A model generated the notes under the pieces. It was not told where the DNA came from, ran no database searches, and worked only from the letters and a program-made list of their open reading frames with translations. This document shows, piece after piece, positions 59,911-64,000 of a DNA stretch of 64,000 bases. The stretch comes from Actinomycetales bacterium. Lineage in GTDB: Bacteria > Actinomycetota > Actinomycetes > Actinomycetales > Cellulomonadaceae. Within the stretch, counting starts at the first letter, position 1, and the number at the start of each line of letters is the position of its first letter. The stretch covers positions 26,953-90,952 of the forward strand of contig JBBRGX010000001.1 of assembly GCA_038223605.1 (NCBI GenBank), given 5' to 3'. A program made the position numbers and the translations under genes.

Positions 59911-59920
59911 CGCCAGGAGT

Positions 59921-61060
59921 CTAGGTCCCCGGACGCATCGCCCTGGCGACGTCGGCCGTCCGGAGCAGGCCGACCACGCGGCCGTTCGCCGTCACGGCCA
60001 GCACGGCCGTCGCCTGGGCGTGCGCGGCGACCGCTGCCAGCGCTGTGCGGCCGGTCAGGGCGACGTCGACGGCGGCCCCCGGCGGGAGCGGGACCCCGAC
60101 GGCCGCGAGCGAGACGGTGTCCCTGCGCTCCTGGGGCACTGCCGCGAGCGCCGACATGTCGACGTAGCCGACCGGTGCACCGTCCTCGGCGAGCAGGACG
60201 ACCTGGGGCATCGGGTCGCCGAGCCGGAAGGCCGCCGCCACCGGGGCCGTCAACGGCAGGACGACCGCCGGCAGGGACAGGGTGCGCAGCGTGATCGCGT
60301 CGATCGCGACCTCGACCCGCGCGCCCTTCCTCGCCTGGACCGCTCCGGTCCACAGGAACCCGGCGATCATCGCTCCCCACACGACCTGGGTGAGGTCGGG
60401 CGCGCGGCCGGAGAGGAAGGCGGGGACGAGCACCCAGGCGACCACCCCGAGCGAGACGACGTGCCCGGCCCATGCCGCGATCGTGGTCCCGGTCGCCCGC
60501 CGTCCGGTCGCGGCCCAGATCGCCGACTCCAGCACCCGCCCGCCGTCGAGCGGGAGGCCGGGCAGCAGGTTGAACACCCCGACGAACCCGTTGGTCAGCG
60601 CCGCGACGACGAGCAGGGCCGCCCCGGCACCCGTGACCGGGAGCGCCGTCCACGCACCGAAGGCGAGCAGGCCGATGACGATGTTGGTCGCGGGCCCGGC
60701 GGCGGCGACGAGGGCTGATGCGGCCGGACCCGGGGCGTTCTCGGCGAACTCCGTGTGCCCGCCCATCAGCGTGAGCACGATCTGGCGGACCGCCATCCCC
60801 CGGCGACGGGCGACCGCTGCATGCGCGAGCTCGTGAAGGAAGGTGGAGCCGAAGAGCATGAGGACGGCGGCGAGGGACAGCAGCGTGGCGCCCGCGAGCC
60901 CGGCGGCCCCGGGACCGGGCAGGTAGCCGCGTGCGGTCGGGTAGAAGAGCACCGTGAGGACGACGGCCGCGACCAGCCAGCCCGGCGAGAGGACGACGGG
61001 CACGCCGGCCGCCCGGCCGATCACCCAGCCCTTGCCCTGCTCACCTCCGGCCACAGGCAC
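59921..61060 (-). CDS. Site-2 protease (M50) family protein
   Basis: HELAH and FNLLPGLPLDGG motifs. Confidence 0.9.
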   Translation of the reverse strand: MPVAGGEQGKGWVIGRAAGVPVVLSPGWLVAAVVLTVLFYPTARGYLPGPGAAGLAGATLLSLAAVLMLFGSTFLHELAHAAVARRRGMAVRQIVLTLMGGHTEFAENAPGPAASALVAAAGPATNIVIGLLAFGAWTALPVTGAGAALLVVAALTNGFVGVFNLLPGLPLDGGRVLESAIWAATGRRATGTTIAAWAGHVVSLGVVAWVLVPAFLSGRAPDLTQVVWGAMIAGFLWTGAVQARKGARVEVAIDAITLRTLSLPAVVLPLTAPVAAAFRLGDPMPQVVLLAEDGAPVGYVDMSALAAVPQERRDTVSLAAVGVPLPPGAAVDVALTGRTALAAVAAHAQATAVLAVTANGRVVGLLRTADVARAMRPGT

Positions 61061-61106
61061 ACCCTACGGTCCCGGTCACCGGTGGCCGGGAGCGGCCGCG
61101 ACGGGG

Positions 61107-61128
61107 TGTCGGGGGCAGGCCGTAGCCT
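61107..61128 (+). promoter_or_regulatory. PafBC-type (RecA-NDp) DNA-damage promoter
   Basis: TGTCGG-N10-TAGCCT fits TGTCGG-N10-TA-N3-T; 6 nt before the GTG at 61135. Confidence 0.75.
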
Positions 61129-61134
61129 GCCGGG

Positions 61135-62007
61135 GTGAGCACCGACCCGCCCGTCCCCGACGACACCTCCGACGCCAGGCGGCGGAGCAGGCCAGGGCTC
61201 TCGCCGTCCCGCGCGAACGACTACCTGCAGTGCCCTCTGCTCTTCCGCCTCAGGGTGATCGATCGCCTTCCGGAGCCGCAGTCGGCGGCCGCCGTCCGCG
61301 GCACGATGGTGCACGCCGTGCTCGAGGGCCTGTTCGACCTGCCCGCGGGGCAACGGACCCACGAGGCGGCGGTCGCGGCGCTCCCGGCGGTCTGGGAAGC
61401 GCTCGTCCAGCAGGAGCCGGCACGCCGGGAGGTCCTCGCCGACCCCGCGGACCTCGAGCCATGGTTCGCGCCGGCGCGCGCCCTCCTCGCGACCTACTTC
61501 ACGCTCGAGGACCCGAACCGGCTGCAGCCGGCCGAGCGCGAGCTCTCGGTGCGGATCCAGCTCGAGGACGATCTCGAGCTGCGTGGCATCGTCGACCGTC
61601 TCGACATCGCTCCCGACGGCGCCCTGCGCGTCGTCGACTACAAGACGGGACGCTCGCCACGGGCCGGCTACGAGAGCGGTGCGCTGTTCCAGATGCGCTT
61701 CTACGCCCTGCTCCTCGCCCGTCTGCGCGGTCGCGTCCCGGCGATGCTCCAGCTGATCTACCTCGGCGACGGCGTGGTCGTGCGTCATGCGCCCGACGAG
61801 GCTGAGCTCGAGTCGACCGAACGGCGCGTCCGTGCCATCTGGGGCTCGGTCACGAGCTCGGCCCGAGAGGGCAGCTGGCCGCCGAAGAAGGGCCCGCTCT
61901 GCGGATGGTGCGCCCACCAGGCCCACTGCCCTGCCTTCGGCGGGACGCCGCCGCCGCTGGACCCTGACCGCGTCGAGGTGGCGATCGGGGTCCGTCCCGA
62001 GGCCTGA
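61135..62007 (+). CDS. RecB-family PD-(D/E)XK exonuclease with probable Fe-S cysteines
   Basis: LSPS...QCP, G..VH..LE, GIVDRLD, VDYKTG and LCGWC.....CP. Confidence 0.9.
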   Translation: MSTDPPVPDDTSDARRRSRPGLSPSRANDYLQCPLLFRLRVIDRLPEPQSAAAVRGTMVHAVLEGLFDLPAGQRTHEAAVAALPAVWEALVQQEPARREVLADPADLEPWFAPARALLATYFTLEDPNRLQPAERELSVRIQLEDDLELRGIVDRLDIAPDGALRVVDYKTGRSPRAGYESGALFQMRFYALLLARLRGRVPAMLQLIYLGDGVVVRHAPDEAELESTERRVRAIWGSVTSSAREGSWPPKKGPLCGWCAHQAHCPAFGGTPPPLDPDRVEVAIGVRPEA

Positions 62008-62023
62008 GGTCGCGGCGACGGGC

Positions 62024-62743
62024 TCAGGGCAGCTCGAGGACCTCGCCCGCACGGATCCGGCAGAGCTCAGCGAGCCCGACGCCCGCCAGGCTCGTCGCAC
62101 GGCTGAGGCCGGGAGACCGCAGCACGGGCACCAGGTGCTCGACGCCGAGCGTGCGCGCTCCGGAGGCCAGCGCCGATGAGATCCCTGGGGGTGAGTCCTC
62201 GATCGCGACGCAGTCCGCGGGGCTCGCTCCGAGCGTCGCCGCGGCACGGAGGTAGGCCTCAGGGTGCGGCTTGCCCTGCTCGACGTCGTCACCGGTCACG
62301 ACCGCGGCGAAGGTCCCCGCCGGGACGTGCGAGAGGACGGCGTCGGCGAACCGTCGGTAGGACATCGTCACCAGGGCGCACGGCACGCCGGCCGCGCGCA
62401 GCTCGGCGAGCAGCTCCCGGACGCCGGGCTGCCACTGCACCGAGGTCCGGACCCCGGCGATCACCTCGTCGAGCATCAGCTCGACGATCTCCTGCGCCGG
62501 CAGGTCGACCCCGTGCCCCTGGAGCACCCGCGCGGAGTCGAGCAGTGCCGAGCCCACCAGCCCGATGGCGTCCTCGTGCGTCCAGCTGCCACCGTGGCGC
62601 CGCACGAGCGTCGTCTCGGCCGCCATCCAGTGCGGCTCGGTGTCCACAAGCGTCCCGTCCATGTCCCACAGGACTGCCGCCGGGAGCTCACCGGCCGACG
62701 CCGGCTGAGCCGCCTCGACGGGGGCAGGGACGACGAGGTGCAC
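62024..62743 (-). CDS. HAD-IA family phosphatase
   Basis: WDMDGTLVD, KPHPEAY and IEDS..G. Confidence 0.92.
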   Translation of the reverse strand: MHLVVPAPVEAAQPASAGELPAAVLWDMDGTLVDTEPHWMAAETTLVRRHGGSWTHEDAIGLVGSALLDSARVLQGHGVDLPAQEIVELMLDEVIAGVRTSVQWQPGVRELLAELRAAGVPCALVTMSYRRFADAVLSHVPAGTFAAVVTGDDVEQGKPHPEAYLRAAATLGASPADCVAIEDSPPGISSALASGARTLGVEHLVPVLRSPGLSRATSLAGVGLAELCRIRAGEVLELP

Positions 62744-62801
62744 CGGGTCAGTCTAGGTCCGCCTGCCGCTCGGTCCCGGTCAGAGCACCTACCCTGGAGC
62801 C

Positions 62802-63653
62802 ATGAGTCCAGCTCGTCACGGCGCATCCCCCCTCCCCGGCCCGATCCTCTTGGCCGCCTTCGAGGGGTGGAACGACGCCGGCTCCGCAGCGAGCTTCGCG
62901 CTGGCGCACCTCGGTGAGCTCTGGGACACGGAACAGGTCGACGAGCTCGACCCCGAGGAGTACCACGACTTCCAGGTCAACCGTCCGCAGGTGAGCTTCG
63001 GCCCCGACGGGACCCGGGAGATCGCCTGGCCGTCCACCACGGTCAGCGTCGCCACCCGGCCCGACCGCGAGACGATCGTGCTCGTCCAGGGCATCGAGCC
63101 GTCGATGCGATGGCGGCGCTACGCCTCGGAGGTCCTTGACGCCGCCGAGCGCCTCGGCGTCAGGACGGTCATCACGCTCGGGGCTCTCCTGGCCGACGTC
63201 CCGCACACCCGACCGATCCCGGTCACCGCCACCACCGACGACGTCGATCTCCAGGAGGTGCTCGGCCTCGACGCCAACACCTATGAGGGCCCGACGGGCA
63301 TCGTCGGCGTCCTGCAGGACGAGGCCCGCCGACGGGGCTTCACGACCCTCTCGCTCTGGGCCGCCGTTCCGCACTACGTGGCGCACCCACCGTCGCCCAA
63401 GGCCACCCTCGCGCTCCTGACCCGCCTCGAGGAGATCTGGGGGGTCCCGATCCCGATGGCCGAGCTTCCCGAGGAGGCTGACGCCTGGAAGACCGGCGTC
63501 GACGAGCTCGCAGCGGAGGACCAGGAGATCGCCGAGTACGTCACCCAGCTCGAGGAGGCGAAGGACACCGCCGATCTCCCCGAGGCCAGCGGCGAGGCGA
63601 TCGCGCGCGAGTTCGAGCGCTACCTTCGTCGGCGGGACGCTCCCGGAAGCTAG
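62802..63653 (+). CDS. PAC2 family protein
   Basis: AFEGWNDAG, PHTRP, YEGPTG, AVPHY and EFERYL. Confidence 0.9.
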   Translation: MSPARHGASPLPGPILLAAFEGWNDAGSAASFALAHLGELWDTEQVDELDPEEYHDFQVNRPQVSFGPDGTREIAWPSTTVSVATRPDRETIVLVQGIEPSMRWRRYASEVLDAAERLGVRTVITLGALLADVPHTRPIPVTATTDDVDLQEVLGLDANTYEGPTGIVGVLQDEARRRGFTTLSLWAAVPHYVAHPPSPKATLALLTRLEEIWGVPIPMAELPEEADAWKTGVDELAAEDQEIAEYVTQLEEAKDTADLPEASGEAIAREFERYLRRRDAPGS

Positions 63654-63717
63654 TCGCAGGACGAGGTGTCGGGTTGCTCCGCCCGCTCAGGGCTGCCGGC
63701 CAGCGCGCGACCGCGGC

Positions 63718-63999
63718 TCAGAGCCGGATGCCGAGCAGGGCGTCGAGCGCCCTGGCCAGGATGCCGGGAGCACCCTCGATGTTGCCACCGAGGCTCAGCG
63801 ACGTGGCCGCCCAGGCGTCGACCGCACGAAGGGCGGTCGGGGCGTCCAGGTCGTCGGCGAGCGCGCGACGGATGTCATCGACGGCGGACAGGGCATCAGG
63901 GCCGCCGTTGCCGGAGACCGCTGCCCGCCACCGGTCGAGGCGCGCCACCGCCTCGGCGAGGACCTCGGGGGTCCACTCCCAGTCGCTGCGGTAGTGGTG
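63718..63999 (-). CDS. mshC: Mycothiol biosynthesis cysteine ligase, 3' part (runs off window)
   Basis: [18 protein letters not shown] and C-terminal ALLGI.L; usual neighbour of PAC2 and HAD genes. Confidence 0.85.
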   Translation of the reverse strand, partial: HHYRSDWEWTPEVLAEAVARLDRWRAAVSGNGGPDALSAVDDIRRALADDLDAPTALRAVDAWAATSLSLGGNIEGAPGILARALDALLGIRL

Positions 64000-64000
64000 C

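Noticed and set aside
1-64000. CRISPR array, IS/transposase, integrase, prophage or rRNA genes
   Set aside because: No regularly spaced repeat-spacer series and no recognisable transposase, integrase, phage or rRNA sequence seen by eye.

Overview
High-GC actinobacterial chromosome segment, probably Micrococcales/Cellulomonadaceae-like. That placement is inferred from the Pup-proteasome locus, mshC, a mycobacterial-type SOS box, leaderless promoters and chemoreceptor genes. The right half (29.4-64 kb) is mostly core genome: pyk, gltBD, lgt, trpABC, trpE, hisI, hisF, FKBP, pafA-prcAB-pup-dop-arc, trmI and the 3' end of mshC. The left half is accessory. It starts with the end of an element integrated at tRNA-Val(GAC), marked by a 3'-half tRNA att copy at 3202-3246. 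Two modules stand out. (1) A seven-gene operon at 14717-22015 (tusA, mvhD-like, dsrE2, hdrA with an inserted GltD/NfnB-like NAD(P)H module, a second hdrA, a small wHTH protein, qmoC-like). It resembles a QmoABC/HdrA-type membrane electron-transfer complex joined to sulfur carriers. It shares a CsoR/CstR-type TACC-N6-GGTA operator with a nearby CoA-disulfide reductase-rhodanese-TusA-DsrE fusion and a divergent CxxC membrane protein/OsmC pair, which suggests a persulfide/polysulfide-responsive regulon. (2) A fenestrated DTE-type xanthorhodopsin-like proton pump (44263-45090) sits head-to-head with a B12-binding CarH/LitR-like regulator. Four TTA(A/G) repeats at exact 10-bp spacing lie between them, suggesting B12-dependent light control of a rhodopsin. 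All family calls come from motif recognition by eye; no database searches were run.
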